Part shown: positions 14,982-24,021 of the stretch, one piece after another
Layout: each line of letters starts with the position of its first letter
How positions within the stretch are numbered: position 1 is the stretch's first letter
Assembly (NCBI GenBank): GCA_004297735.1
Contig: SCTI01000001.1
Location: 1 to 49,466 of the forward strand
Direction: 5' to 3'
DNA length: 49,466 nt
Source of the DNA: Patescibacteria group bacterium
GTDB taxonomy: Bacteria; Patescibacteriota; Saccharimonadia; UBA4664; SCTI01
The notes under the pieces: model-generated
Seen by the model: the letters and a program-made list of their open reading frames with translations, nothing else
Told to the model about the DNA's origin: nothing
Databases searched by the model: none
Position numbers and translations under genes: made by a program

Positions 14982-15688
14982 GTAATGTAAAGGTGGAGGC
15001 GAATTTAGACGCGCTGGAGCAGGAGCTCGAGCTAGAGTTTGCCGATCGCAGTTTACTCGAACGGGCCTTCATTCATCGTTCTTACCTCAATGAGCATCCT
15101 AATTTGGGTCTGGAGCACAATGAGCGCCTGGAGTTCTTGGGTGATGCGGTCTTGGAGCTAGTCGTAACCGATTATCTGTATAAGAACTACCCCAACCCCG
15201 AAGGAGATTTAACCAACTGGCGCAGCGCCCTGGTTAAGACCGAGTCGCTAAGCGAGGTGGCCGCAAAGCTCGACTTTGATCGCTACCTGCAGCTCAGCCG
15301 CGGTGAGGCTAAGGGCAACGCTCGCAGTCGCGCTCTAATTCACGCCAACTGCGTGGAGGCATTAATTGGTGCCATTTACCTTGATCGCGGTTACGACGAA
15401 GCCAAGCGCTTTATTAGTAGCCATATTGTTAGCCGGCTGCAAAGCATCCTAGAAGAGGGCAGTTGGGTTGATCCAAAAAGCCGTTTTCAAGAACTGGCCC
15501 AGGAGCGTGAGGGGCACACGCCGCACTATAAGGTGTTAGATGAGGCCGGGCCAGATCACGACAAGGTGTTTGAGGTTGGCGTTTACGTCGGCCAACGCTT
15601 GTGCGGCAAGGGAAAGGGCTCAAGCAAGCAGGCGGCTCAACAGCAGGCGGCAGCCAACGCGCTGAAAGCTTACGAAGCCAACAAGTAG
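14978..15688 (+). CDS. rnc: ribonuclease III
   Basis: 236 aa. RNase III signature NERLEFLGDAVLELVV and a C-terminal dsRBD (GSSKQAAQQQAAANAL). Confidence 0.95.
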   Translation: MSNVKVEANLDALEQELELEFADRSLLERAFIHRSYLNEHPNLGLEHNERLEFLGDAVLELVVTDYLYKNYPNPEGDLTNWRSALVKTESLSEVAAKLDFDRYLQLSRGEAKGNARSRALIHANCVEALIGAIYLDRGYDEAKRFISSHIVSRLQSILEEGSWVDPKSRFQELAQEREGHTPHYKVLDEAGPDHDKVFEVGVYVGQRLCGKGKGSSKQAAQQQAAANALKAYEANK

Positions 15689-15818
15689 AGATATCCCTTA
15701 ATAAAGACAAAAAACGGTTGTAAGTATAACCGTATGTGTGGTATTACTAAGTTGCGACGCGCCAAGGCATTATCCCTTTCCGCGCCGGGCACTATCCTGT
15801 GACCCAAGGAGGTGGTTC

Positions 15819-16020
15819 GGTGTTTGCCGTAACCACAAGCTGGATTCGCCCCTTGTTTGGGGTGGCAGTTGCAGGAGCTGCTTTGGTTCGTTCGATCCAG
15901 GACGAGCTCAGCAGAGAGTGGACTCCTGCAGACAGCCCGCCTCCGGTTCGATTCCCGCGTGCCAGCATCACGCATTACGGAACCCCACCTGAAGCAGCCA
16001 AGGTCGAGCGGGTGGCCTAG
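15819..16020 (+). other. ambiguous GC-rich segment: either a 66-aa small membrane protein ORF or part of a roughly 300-nt structured ncRNA
   Basis: Perfect SD AAGGAGGTG (15805-15813) lies 5 nt before GTG at 15819. That frame reads FAVTTSWIRPLFGVAVAGAALV (TM-like) followed by a polar tail, with the stop at 16018-16020 just before a terminator. However, all three + frames and one - frame are open here, and the region folds into several strong hairpins. Confidence 0.35.
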
Positions 16021-16031
16021 CCTCCTATATG

Positions 16032-16062
16032 CGCCTCACTCGGTTGGTATTGAGTGAGGCGT
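16032..16062 (+). terminator. hairpin terminator
   Basis: GCCTCACTC GGTTGGTAT TGAGTGAGGC. Confidence 0.6.
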
Positions 16063-16084
16063 TGATCGTCTTTATGGCTACAGG

Positions 16085-16113
16085 TTGACAAACCTGGCGC
16101 ATATCTGTAAAAT
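16085..16113 (+). promoter_or_regulatory. sigma70-type promoter with extended -10 (TTGACA-17-TAAAAT, TG at -15/-14) for rpsP
   Basis: TTGACA at 16085-16090 and TGTAAAAT at 16106-16113. Confidence 0.65.
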
Positions 16114-16146
16114 CGACCTCATTGTTAAGAGATACAACTCACTCAT

Positions 16147-16593
16147 ATGTTAGTAATTCGCTTGGCCCGTGGTGGCCGCACCAAATACCCAGTTTACCGA
16201 GTCGTTGCGGCTGAATCTTCACGCGCCGCTACCGGCAAATTTATTGAGGTACTTGGCTCATACAACCCTCACACCAAAGAAGTTAAGCTCGACAAAGAAG
16301 CGATTGAACGTCGCTTAGCTCATGGAGCTCAGCCTTCAAACTCAGTTGTTAGGCTGCTGATGCAGGAAAAGATTGAGCTGCCTTCCTGGGTTAAACTTAA
16401 AACCAAACAGTCTAAGCCTAAGAGCGAGCCAGAGGAAAAGCCGGCTGCCGAGGCGCCAGCCGAAGATGCCCCAGTGACCGAAGAAGCAGAAGCTGAAGCA
16501 CCGAACGAAGAAGCCAAATCGGATACGCCAGAGCCTCAAGCTGAGACCGCGACCGAAGAAGATAAGCCAGCCGAAGACTCCGACAAGGCATAA
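16147..16593 (+). CDS. rpsP: 30S ribosomal protein S16 with a long acidic Pro/Glu/Ala-rich C-terminal extension
   Basis: MLVIRLARGGRTKYPVYRVVAAESSRAATGKFIEVLGSYNP is canonical bS16. Residues from about 85 to 148 are low complexity. Confidence 0.95.
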   Translation: MLVIRLARGGRTKYPVYRVVAAESSRAATGKFIEVLGSYNPHTKEVKLDKEAIERRLAHGAQPSNSVVRLLMQEKIELPSWVKLKTKQSKPKSEPEEKPAAEAPAEDAPVTEEAEAEAPNEEAKSDTPEPQAETATEEDKPAEDSDKA

Positions 16594-16653
16594 GCTATAT
16601 CAAATCGCCAAAGTGCGGTATGATGTACAGTATCAAGAAGGAAACCTCACTTC

Positions 16654-17049
16654 ATGGCAGATCTGCGCGAAGACTTTGTTAATTATGTAGTTAAAGCCCT
16701 AATATCAAATCCAGATGCTGTTGAGCTGAAGCGCGTACGCGATGATAAGGGTGAATACTTGGAGCTCCATCTGGACGCCGCCGACATGGGTAAGGTTATT
16801 GGCAAGGCCGGAGCTACCGCCAAAAGTATCCGTACGTTGTTGCGCGGCGTGGGTGCTAAGGATGGTCTAGCACCGTTGCCGCTCAAGATTGTTGACCCGG
16901 AGGGTGGCCCAAGTGAACGAAATGAGGCACCAGCTGAAAGCCAAGAGGCAACCGATGCCGATCCAGCGCCGGCGGAAGAAGACGAGATAGCGACCCGTCA
17001 CGCTCAAACCAAGCGTGAGGCGGAGGAGCTAGCCGACCTCGAGCTGTAA
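16654..17049 (+). CDS. KH-domain RNA-binding protein (YlqC/UPF0109 family) with an acidic C-terminal tail
   Basis: KH GXXG motif in [19 protein letters not shown]. It holds the conserved position between rpsP and trmD. Confidence 0.85.
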   Translation: MADLREDFVNYVVKALISNPDAVELKRVRDDKGEYLELHLDAADMGKVIGKAGATAKSIRTLLRGVGAKDGLAPLPLKIVDPEGGPSERNEAPAESQEATDADPAPAEEDEIATRHAQTKREAEELADLEL

Positions 17050-17053
17050 GCCA

Positions 17054-17734
17054 ATGCGAATCGATATTATTACGCTTTTCCCTGGTATGTTTAAGGGGCC
17101 GTTCGACATGAGTATGCTGTGGAAGGCTCAAGATCGTGGGTTGGTACATATTCATCTTCACGATTTGCGCGAATTTGGGCTTGGCCCTCGTCGCACCGTT
17201 GATGATACCACCTACGGCGGCGGTGACGGCATGCTGCTAAAGCCCGAGCCCGTGGTGGCGGCCATAGAGTCAGCCAAAAAAGATAACCCCGAGGCAACGG
17301 TGATCGCTTTATCGCCTCAAGGGGTGCAGTTTAAGCAAAATCTGGCCGCGGATTTATCGGCTAAAAAAGGTCTAATTTTAGTAGCCGGACATTATGAGGG
17401 GTTTGATGAAAGAATTATTAAGTATGTCGATATTGAGTTATCGGTGGGCGACTACGTATTGACCGGAGGCGAGCTGCCTGCCATGACGCTGGTTGATACG
17501 GTGGTACGCTTAATCCCGGGCGTTCTGGGGGGCGAACAAAGCGCTCACGTGGAATCGTTTAGCGACGGCTTACTTGAATATCCACAGTACACTAGACCGG
17601 TTGAGTTTAGGGGCGACAAGGTACCTGAGGTGTTGCAAAATGGTCATCATGCCGAAATCGAGCAGTGGCGCAAGCAGCAAGCGCTAATTAAAACCAAGCG
17701 TAACCGCCCAGACTTACTTAACGAGCGGTCATAG
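17054..17734 (+). CDS. trmD: tRNA (guanine37-N1)-methyltransferase TrmD
   Basis: 226 aa. Motifs [30 protein letters not shown] and VLTGGELPA. Confidence 0.95.
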   Translation: MRIDIITLFPGMFKGPFDMSMLWKAQDRGLVHIHLHDLREFGLGPRRTVDDTTYGGGDGMLLKPEPVVAAIESAKKDNPEATVIALSPQGVQFKQNLAADLSAKKGLILVAGHYEGFDERIIKYVDIELSVGDYVLTGGELPAMTLVDTVVRLIPGVLGGEQSAHVESFSDGLLEYPQYTRPVEFRGDKVPEVLQNGHHAEIEQWRKQQALIKTKRNRPDLLNERS

Positions 17735-18752
17735 CGGCGTAAACATCCTGGCTTAGTTGCTTAAAAGCAGTCGAGGCTGAACCGCCATTCTTCCAGGGGC
17801 CGCTTAATCCGGCGATAACATACTGGCCTTGCGCAGTATAAACAATGCCGGCATCGTGTATGTAGCCGCTAAGATCACCGGTTTTATGGGCGATTACGGT
17901 ACCGGCTGGTAGGCCCGTGGGAAACCGATTGTTAATGGTTTGGTTTTTAAGGTTGTTGATGAGCTCGGCCGAATATGTAACGCCAACCAGCTCCCCGCGG
18001 TAGAGGCGTTGGAGCAGCAGGGCGGTGTCGTGAGCGCTGGTTTGCTGGGTGCCGTAAGCGCGCAAGTAGGTGTTAGCGTAACCTAGTTGGTGCAGTCGAG
18101 CGTTTTGCTTGTCCCAGCCCGCCACCGTGCCTAGCTTTTCGCCGCATAGGTTATCGGAGATTGTGATCATTAACTTTAAGCACTGGCTATAGCTTTTGCC
18201 CGTTCCTGGGACAGTTGATTTTGCCTTAATGGTCCCGGCTTGAAGCTTTTTGTAAATTGCTTCAGCTACAAACAGCTTATAAATACTAGCGCTGGTAAAA
18301 ATATGGTCCTGATTAACTCCAGCGGTTTCCCCAGTTTGAAGATCAATAACTACAACCGCACCGGTGCCGCCTGCCTGGTTGGCAAAGTTAGCCAGCGGGG
18401 CGGCTAAGCGAGTTTGGAGCGGTTCGGTGGGAGCTGGTGCCGGCTGAGCGGCTGGAGTGGTCGTTGGTGACGATTCGGCCGTAGCTACCGGTTGGGTGGT
18501 AGGTAGAGGCTGAATAATCGCCTCGGCTTGCTGCGAGTGGGTGTAGTAGTCCCAGCCGAACGCGGTTAAGGCTCCTATTAGCGCTAAAAAGCCGATTACA
18601 AATAAAAGCTTAGAGCCAAAATTTGAATGATGATTGGTTGGTCCAATTTGGTACTTGTCGTAATCTAGCGATCGGGCGATCGGGCGAGCTTTTGGGGCCG
18701 CTACTATCGGCTTTGGACTTGCAATAATTCCATCAACACGCTGACCCACCAT
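17718..18752 (-). CDS. membrane-anchored class A beta-lactamase-like serine hydrolase
   Basis: 344 aa with a TM helix and a Pro/Thr/Ala linker. Motifs are SxxK (SASIYK), SDN (ISDNLCG) and KTG (HKTGDL). Confidence 0.75.
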   Translation of the reverse strand: MVGQRVDGIIASPKPIVAAPKARPIARSLDYDKYQIGPTNHHSNFGSKLLFVIGFLALIGALTAFGWDYYTHSQQAEAIIQPLPTTQPVATAESSPTTTPAAQPAPAPTEPLQTRLAAPLANFANQAGGTGAVVVIDLQTGETAGVNQDHIFTSASIYKLFVAEAIYKKLQAGTIKAKSTVPGTGKSYSQCLKLMITISDNLCGEKLGTVAGWDKQNARLHQLGYANTYLRAYGTQQTSAHDTALLLQRLYRGELVGVTYSAELINNLKNQTINNRFPTGLPAGTVIAHKTGDLSGYIHDAGIVYTAQGQYVIAGLSGPWKNGGSASTAFKQLSQDVYAAMTAR

Positions 18753-18779
18753 AACTGCATTGTAGTTATGGTTGAGTGG

Positions 18780-19565
18780 TTACTCAAGCGTTGGTTCAAA
18801 AACTTGCCTAACAAAGGCTCGGCAGGAGCGCCAAGGCGATCGGGGTAAAAGCCTTAATGGCCAGACAAAGCTGAACAGGGTTAGCATGTGCTCAATGGGC
18901 AGATAGCGGGCTGCAACTCGCCCATTTGCCGACTTGATTCGTTGAACAAAGGTTTTGGCGTAACCAATTTTTACAATTGGGTCAAAGTAGCCGTGAACAA
19001 CTAGGGCGGGGGAGAGCGTGCTAGGCAGCTGCTTGCCAATACGCCAGGGTTCAGATAGATCTTTAAGCGGGAAGATTGGTTGGAGATCGGGACGTGGATA
19101 AAAATCGTACGGGCCCGACAGGCCAATAAAGCCCTTAAGGACTTGGCGAGAAAGCCCGGTTTTCTCCCAGTAACCAGGCAAGTAAGCCAGGGCGCTGGCA
19201 GTGTGGGCGCCGGCAGAATGTCCGGCAATCACAACCCGCTGAGGGTCGCCACCATACTCGCTAATTTGCTCGTCGACCCATTTTATCGCTAGCGCAGCAT
19301 CATCAACAAAGGTCGGGTAGCGTATTTGAGGGTACTTACGGTATCCAACCAATACCGCTACGACTCCCATCTTGGCTAAAGCCCGCCCAACAAAGCCGTA
19401 GCGCCATAGACCGCCGTTCTTCCATGTGCCTCCATGCCAAAAAACCACCACCGGGAGCGGTTGAGTTGGTGGCGGCCCAGGTGCTCGGTAAACATTCAGC
19501 TTCATTAAGCGATCCGGCCCATATGGTAGTTGGTTGCCAATACGCCAACGGGTTAACGGTCTCAT
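18780..19565 (-). CDS. alpha/beta hydrolase (esterase/lipase-type)
   Basis: 261 aa. Oxyanion HGG motif (FWHGGTW) and nucleophile elbow GHSAG. Confidence 0.75.
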   Translation of the reverse strand: MRPLTRWRIGNQLPYGPDRLMKLNVYRAPGPPPTQPLPVVVFWHGGTWKNGGLWRYGFVGRALAKMGVVAVLVGYRKYPQIRYPTFVDDAALAIKWVDEQISEYGGDPQRVVIAGHSAGAHTASALAYLPGYWEKTGLSRQVLKGFIGLSGPYDFYPRPDLQPIFPLKDLSEPWRIGKQLPSTLSPALVVHGYFDPIVKIGYAKTFVQRIKSANGRVAARYLPIEHMLTLFSFVWPLRLLPRSPWRSCRAFVRQVFEPTLE

Positions 19566-19601
19566 ATACCCTAGTGTACAATAGACTAAAAAGGAGCGGC
19601 G

Positions 19602-20216
19602 ATGTTTACTTTACCCGATTTACCCTACGGCTACGATGCGCTTGAGCCTCATATTGATGCCAGAACCATGGAGGTTCACCACAGCAAGCATCACGCGACC
19701 TACGTTCAGAAACTTAATGATGCCCTAAAGAGTCAACCCGACTTAGCGCAAAAAGACATCACGCAGCTGCTTAAAAATCTCGGTGATCTGCCTAAAGATG
19801 TTCAGTCGGCGGTACGTAACAATGGGGGAGGCCACGCTAATCACAGCTTGTTTTGGCAGGTGATGTCGCCTAACGGGGGAGGCGAACCGGCCGGCGAGCT
19901 GGGCGAGGCTATCAATGTGGCCTTTGGCAGCTTAGGTGAGTTTAAGAAGCAATTTAAACAAGCTGCCATCGGCCGATTTGGCAGTGGTTGGGCTTGGCTG
20001 TGTGTCGATACCGACGGCTTGCATATCTGCTCAACCGCCAACCAGGACACCCCATTAAGCGATGGTCACATTCCAATCCTAGGGCTAGACGTGTGGGAGC
20101 ACGCCTACTATTTGCATTACCAAAACAAGCGCCCAGACTATATTGACGCTTGGTGGAATGTGGTAAATTGGGACGAAGTCGAACGTCGATATAGCGAGTC
20201 CAAGACTAAATATTAA
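19602..20216 (+). CDS. sodA: Fe/Mn superoxide dismutase
   Basis: 204 aa. Motifs [28 protein letters not shown] and DVWEHAYYL. Confidence 0.95.
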   Translation: MFTLPDLPYGYDALEPHIDARTMEVHHSKHHATYVQKLNDALKSQPDLAQKDITQLLKNLGDLPKDVQSAVRNNGGGHANHSLFWQVMSPNGGGEPAGELGEAINVAFGSLGEFKKQFKQAAIGRFGSGWAWLCVDTDGLHICSTANQDTPLSDGHIPILGLDVWEHAYYLHYQNKRPDYIDAWWNVVNWDEVERRYSESKTKY

Positions 20217-20248
20217 ACAAATTAAAATTCTAACCGGAGAAAAATGGT

Positions 20249-20731
20249 ATGCCAGAAATGAATGATTTTGCAGCGCGTAAATTTGGAGAGGTTTTGGCTT
20301 TTGCCGAAACCTTTAATGACACGGTTGATCGCGCTCTTGAAGCAATTGGCAAGGAGCGAAGCGACGAGCAGATCCAACAGCTCAAAGATACTAGCACCGA
20401 TCACGCTAATCGAATCAAAGCTATTGTTTTGGCGGCTGGCACCAGCGAAAGCACCCTTAAAAAGGCCGAAGCCACCAACAAAAAGCTTCGCACTATGCGC
20501 GATACCTACATTGGTGACAGCTGGGATGAGCTGACCGAGATTTATGAATGGCTGGGCTTTTTTACCGGTGCCGCCATTGTGCACTGGGCGTTAATTGAGG
20601 GTGTTGGCGAAAGCCTAGAGGATGACGAGACGGCCGGCTTGGTTAAGGATGCCAAGGAGTTCTACCAGCAGCTAATGAACGATTCAATCAAACACCTGCA
20701 GCTGGTTGGTCGTAATCGCACCGGCGACTAA
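20249..20731 (+). CDS. hypothetical all-helical protein
   Basis: 160-aa ORF followed by a terminator. I recognise no motif. Confidence 0.55.
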   Translation: MPEMNDFAARKFGEVLAFAETFNDTVDRALEAIGKERSDEQIQQLKDTSTDHANRIKAIVLAAGTSESTLKKAEATNKKLRTMRDTYIGDSWDELTEIYEWLGFFTGAAIVHWALIEGVGESLEDDETAGLVKDAKEFYQQLMNDSIKHLQLVGRNRTGD

Positions 20732-20760
20732 AAGCTTTAAGCCAGATTCAAGTTGGAGCT

Positions 20761-20787
20761 AGGGGATTGAGAAAATCCCCTTCTCTT
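20761..20787 (+). terminator. rho-independent terminator
   Basis: GGGGATT / AATCCCC stem (20762-20768 / 20774-20780) followed by TTCTCTT. Confidence 0.65.
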
Positions 20788-20813
20788 GCTATACTCCTAA
20801 GGTTAAAACTCGA

Positions 20814-20888
20814 TGGGGCGTGGCCAAGTGGTAAGGCGCTTGATTCTGGCTCAAGAGATCGTAGGTTCGAATCCTACCGCCCCAGCCA
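20814..20888 (+). tRNA. tRNA-Gln (anticodon CTG)
   Basis: Acceptor TGGGGCG/CGCCCCA with U1:A72 and G73. Anticodon stem CTTGA/TCAAG with loop TTCTGGC. T-loop TTCGAATCC. CCA is encoded. Confidence 0.9.
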
Positions 20889-20942
20889 GGAATTATTGAA
20901 TGGTATAATTTTACTAGCATTAACAAAAAATTAGGGGGTAAG

Positions 20943-21245
20943 ATGGAAATAGGAATAGTAACGTCATATGATAGCGATACAGAACTTGGCGTAGTTGCAG
21001 CCAATAATAACGAGCTTAGCTTTAAGTATGGGGATGGCCAGAATATGATTTTTGACTCCAAGCTCAAGGAGCCGACGCTCAGCGGTAAGCACGAACAGCC
21101 AGAAGGTTTTTCTTTAAAGGAACCTGATATTGGCGATCCCATAGCGTTTATGCGCGATAATGAACTGGTAACGGCGTGGGGGTATTTGAATCACTATATT
21201 GGACTTGCTGAGCGAAAGCATCCTACGAGATTTGTTGCGGCATAG
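20943..21245 (+). CDS. hypothetical protein
   Basis: 100-aa ORF with the SD AGGGGG upstream, AT-rich, and the first gene after tRNA-Gln. Confidence 0.5.
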   Translation: MEIGIVTSYDSDTELGVVAANNNELSFKYGDGQNMIFDSKLKEPTLSGKHEQPEGFSLKEPDIGDPIAFMRDNELVTAWGYLNHYIGLAERKHPTRFVAA

Positions 21246-21271
21246 CTGGGCTTATTTTGAGGCGCAGTATC

Positions 21272-21304
21272 ACTATGACCGAGCTGTTAAAGCCCGGTCA
21301 TAGT
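21272..21304. terminator. bidirectional hairpin between convergent genes
   Basis: ACTATGACCG (21272-21281) pairs with CGGTCATAGT (21295-21304). Confidence 0.6.
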
Positions 21305-21309
21305 TTGTC

Positions 21310-21801
21310 TCACCCCAGGTAGTCCTCAACCACCTTGAACGGTGTCTTGCGGCGGTAAGGCTTTCCTGCCGCCAGGTGATAGCGCTTGGCTAATGCTTGG
21401 CGCTGCTTCTCTTGCTCTTCGTAGTTGTAATAGGAGCCGGTTTCCTCTTGGGAGAGCTCGATATACTGCTTCAGAATTGGTTTGGCATCGAGCTCCTCCA
21501 GGTCTATATGAAGTATCTGGGCGTCATCGGTGATGGGGCGGATGTCCGATTGGCTCTTTGGGGCGTAAATCAGCTCACCGGTTTCTAGGTCGACGCCACC
21601 AATGTGGTAGCCGTGGGCGTTAAGTGATTCTAGTACCATCATTCCCACGGAGTACTCATATCCGGGGCCCCAACCGGTCCGCCCCTGCGCCTGCAGTACC
21701 AGCCACGGAAGCTGGTTCCACAGATCAACTTGTGACCGGCAAAACTGGCGGATCTCCTCGGCCAGCTCGTGCTGGTTGCGCCGCAGCTTTTTGATTGTCA
21801 A
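21310..21801 (-). CDS. hypothetical protein (GC-rich ORFan)
   Basis: 163 aa. TTG start preceded by GAAAGGA at 6-nt spacing. No motif recognised. Confidence 0.55.
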   Translation of the reverse strand: MTIKKLRRNQHELAEEIRQFCRSQVDLWNQLPWLVLQAQGRTGWGPGYEYSVGMMVLESLNAHGYHIGGVDLETGELIYAPKSQSDIRPITDDAQILHIDLEELDAKPILKQYIELSQEETGSYYNYEEQEKQRQALAKRYHLAAGKPYRRKTPFKVVEDYLG

Positions 21802-21934
21802 AGGATATCCTTTCTCAAACGGCTTGATGCTTTTAGGATAGGTGAGTGAGCTGACACTATCTAGACAGACCTTTTTGAGTCAAAATAATATGAGCTAATG
21901 TTTATAGTCAGAAAACTTATTGTATAATCGTCGT

Positions 21935-22372
21935 ATGGGTAAGAGCAGACAAATATTTTATGGGTTGGTTTTTGCGATAGCGCCAACCATTCTGCTTTTT
22001 GTATCTGGCGCAATTATATTTGATTACCTATATAACCGAGAGGCGGAGAGTCTGAAGGGGCAGTATATTGAACCCTGTATTATACCGGAAGGCTGCCCCA
22101 AAGAGCCGGGTATTATGCCGGCGGTAATATCAATGGCCATAGCAGCAGTTCTGGTAGTGCTCTCGGTAGTTATTTTGATGAGGCTGGTCAAAACTACCTG
22201 GATAAAAGCACTGGTTACCGGTCTGATGTGTGTAGTATTCGGAGTTGTAGTCATAGCTGGATTTGTGGGCCTAAACCAGAGTATTGATGGTAATAAATTG
22301 ATACCAATTATGATTGCAGTCATATATCTAGGGTATGGTTCGATTATTTCATTGAATTTAAGGAAGAAATAG
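21935..22372 (+). CDS. integral membrane protein (about 4 TM helices)
   Basis: The ORF-track start at 21920 (TTG TAT AAT) is a -10 box, TATAAT at 21923-21928. ATG at 21935 lies 6 nt after it (leaderless geometry). The gene is AT-rich and the product hydrophobic. Confidence 0.6.
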   Translation: MGKSRQIFYGLVFAIAPTILLFVSGAIIFDYLYNREAESLKGQYIEPCIIPEGCPKEPGIMPAVISMAIAAVLVVLSVVILMRLVKTTWIKALVTGLMCVVFGVVVIAGFVGLNQSIDGNKLIPIMIAVIYLGYGSIISLNLRKK

Positions 22373-22386
22373 CAACCTTGGATCTT

Positions 22387-22986
22387 TTAAGGAGCTTGGT
22401 AAAAATCCAGTATCCACAAAGCTAGCTGATCTCGATCAACCAGCTCACATTTATTAGAGGCGGCTAGAGCTTTAGCGTGTGGCGTGAACTGATTATTAGT
22501 GATGACCATTGATTTTGTGCATCTGTAGTGAGCCATACCGGAAAATGCTTCTCTGACTGCTTCTTGAGCCACCGCTTTTGAGTAGCATTTTAATTGAACG
22601 GCGGTCCGAACCTTATTTCTTGTAATAACAAGGTCAACTCCATAATCACCGCTAACCGGTGTTGTTTTAACGCTATAACCTTGGTATTTAAGCAGCTCGG
22701 CGACATACTTTTCAAACTGAATACCCGACATTCGGTCGACATCATCAAGCCGAAGTAGTCGAAGAGCCTGCAGGCGTTTCTGGCTACGCCGCTGCTGGAT
22801 AATGTAGGAAACGCCGATTACGGTTAATCCTACAGCAAGGATGATCGCGACAAATAAGCCTGTAAGTTCAATTAGGCTGGTTGTTTGGGTGACGCTCATA
22901 ACCACGACCACCAATACAATCACCCAAAATAGCAATAAGTGGTTGGTTTGTTGAACTTTGTTTTTACTGTAGCGTCTTCTCGCCAT
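22387..22986 (-). CDS. membrane-anchored restriction endonuclease-like protein (Mrr catalytic domain type)
   Basis: 199 aa with two N-terminal TM helices. The C-terminal half is FEKYVAELLKYQGY...GDYGVDLVI...VQLKCY, typical of the Mrr_cat / restriction endonuclease fold (D...D/ExK). Confidence 0.65.
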   Translation of the reverse strand: MARRRYSKNKVQQTNHLLLFWVIVLVVVVMSVTQTTSLIELTGLFVAIILAVGLTVIGVSYIIQQRRSQKRLQALRLLRLDDVDRMSGIQFEKYVAELLKYQGYSVKTTPVSGDYGVDLVITRNKVRTAVQLKCYSKAVAQEAVREAFSGMAHYRCTKSMVITNNQFTPHAKALAASNKCELVDRDQLALWILDFYQAP

Positions 22987-23088
22987 AGATTCAGTATACT
23001 TTAGACGTAAAATGCCTGTGTTCAGTAGCTGATAGTATTAAACATAAGCACTATTGCGGTTTGGGGGAGGCGGGGATAGAATATTTTT

Positions 23089-23928
23089 ATGAACACCCAA
23101 CTCCGGCGGCAAAGTGGCTTTTACGTTATTGAGGTTATTTTAATTATTGCTGTCGTCGCAGTACTGGGGTTTGTGGTCTGGATGTTTATCACCAAAAAGA
23201 GTCCCTCTCAAGCGTTAAATGGTATAACCGGTAACTCAAATGGCTTGGTGGAGTGGGATTTTAATGGCGACAGCTGGAAGGCGATGGGCAAGGCGCCGGA
23301 ATGTGAAAATCCGCTAACGATTGCATCACCGGTGGATGTGACCAAGGTTAACTCGGTTTTACTGCCTGGAGAGGTTAGAGGGGGCGACTTTAAGCCTCAC
23401 GGCGGGCTGGGCGGCGACCCTTCAACCAACAATATGATTACGGTATCGGCTATTCGCGATGCTTACTTGTATCGAGGCTCTCGCTATCTGGTTGAAGGGC
23501 AGGTTCAGTATATGTTTGATTTTATGGACTCGTGTGGTGTGATGTACCGATTGGATCATTTAGCCACCCTGACTCCGGAGTTTCAAGCTTATGCCGACAA
23601 ACTACCGCAGCCTCAGCCGGATGATAGTCGTACCGAGAAGTTTCGTGATCATCCGTTAATTAAAAAAGGCACCATGATTGCCACCGAAGTGGGCATACGC
23701 CAGGGTAAAAATGTGTTCTTTGATCTTGGCGTGTACGATTTGCGGCAGCCAAACGATGCATCCAAAACCGATCTGTATAAGACCGATCAACTACGAATTC
23801 AAGATAAAGAGCAGTCTTTTTATGCATTGTGCTGGTTTGACTACCTGACCGGTAGCGACAAAACGGCCATCAAGGCATTGCCGGTACGTAATGGTCAGCC
23901 GGCTGGCACCAGCGACTATTGTAAGTAG
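23089..23928 (+). CDS. type IV pilin-like protein (prepilin-type N-terminus) with a large unknown C-terminal domain
   Basis: 279 aa. The N-terminus RRQSGFYVIEVILIIAVVAVLG fits the class III signal: G then F at +1, E at +5, followed by a hydrophobic helix. Confidence 0.6.
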   Translation: MNTQLRRQSGFYVIEVILIIAVVAVLGFVVWMFITKKSPSQALNGITGNSNGLVEWDFNGDSWKAMGKAPECENPLTIASPVDVTKVNSVLLPGEVRGGDFKPHGGLGGDPSTNNMITVSAIRDAYLYRGSRYLVEGQVQYMFDFMDSCGVMYRLDHLATLTPEFQAYADKLPQPQPDDSRTEKFRDHPLIKKGTMIATEVGIRQGKNVFFDLGVYDLRQPNDASKTDLYKTDQLRIQDKEQSFYALCWFDYLTGSDKTAIKALPVRNGQPAGTSDYCK

Positions 23929-24021
23929 TCACAGCCTAGTTGTTAAAAGTTGACATTATTCCTGGCGAGCCATATTGTAAAAGTGCATAAGAATTAACTG
24001 TGGGCGGCCAGGAGTAGGGTT

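Noticed and set aside
15944-15958. A T-loop-like GGTTCGATTCC, with a second copy GGTTCGTTCGATCC at 15884-15897, hinted at a tRNA or tmRNA 3' domain.
   Set aside because: The flanking bases do not form a 5-bp T stem (CCGG versus CCCG). No acceptor stem or CCA follows.
15984-16002. The 13-nt string GAAGCAGCCAAGG is identical to the 3' strand of the conserved domain IV (helix 8) of E. coli 4.5S/SRP RNA, which suggested the rnc-rpsP spacer is ffs.
   Set aside because: I could not find the obligatory partner strand (CAGG-stem-GNRA tetraloop) upstream of it on either strand. Too little sequence follows it for helix 5. In the candidate ORF frame it simply encodes PEAAKV. I keep it only as something for cmsearch to settle.
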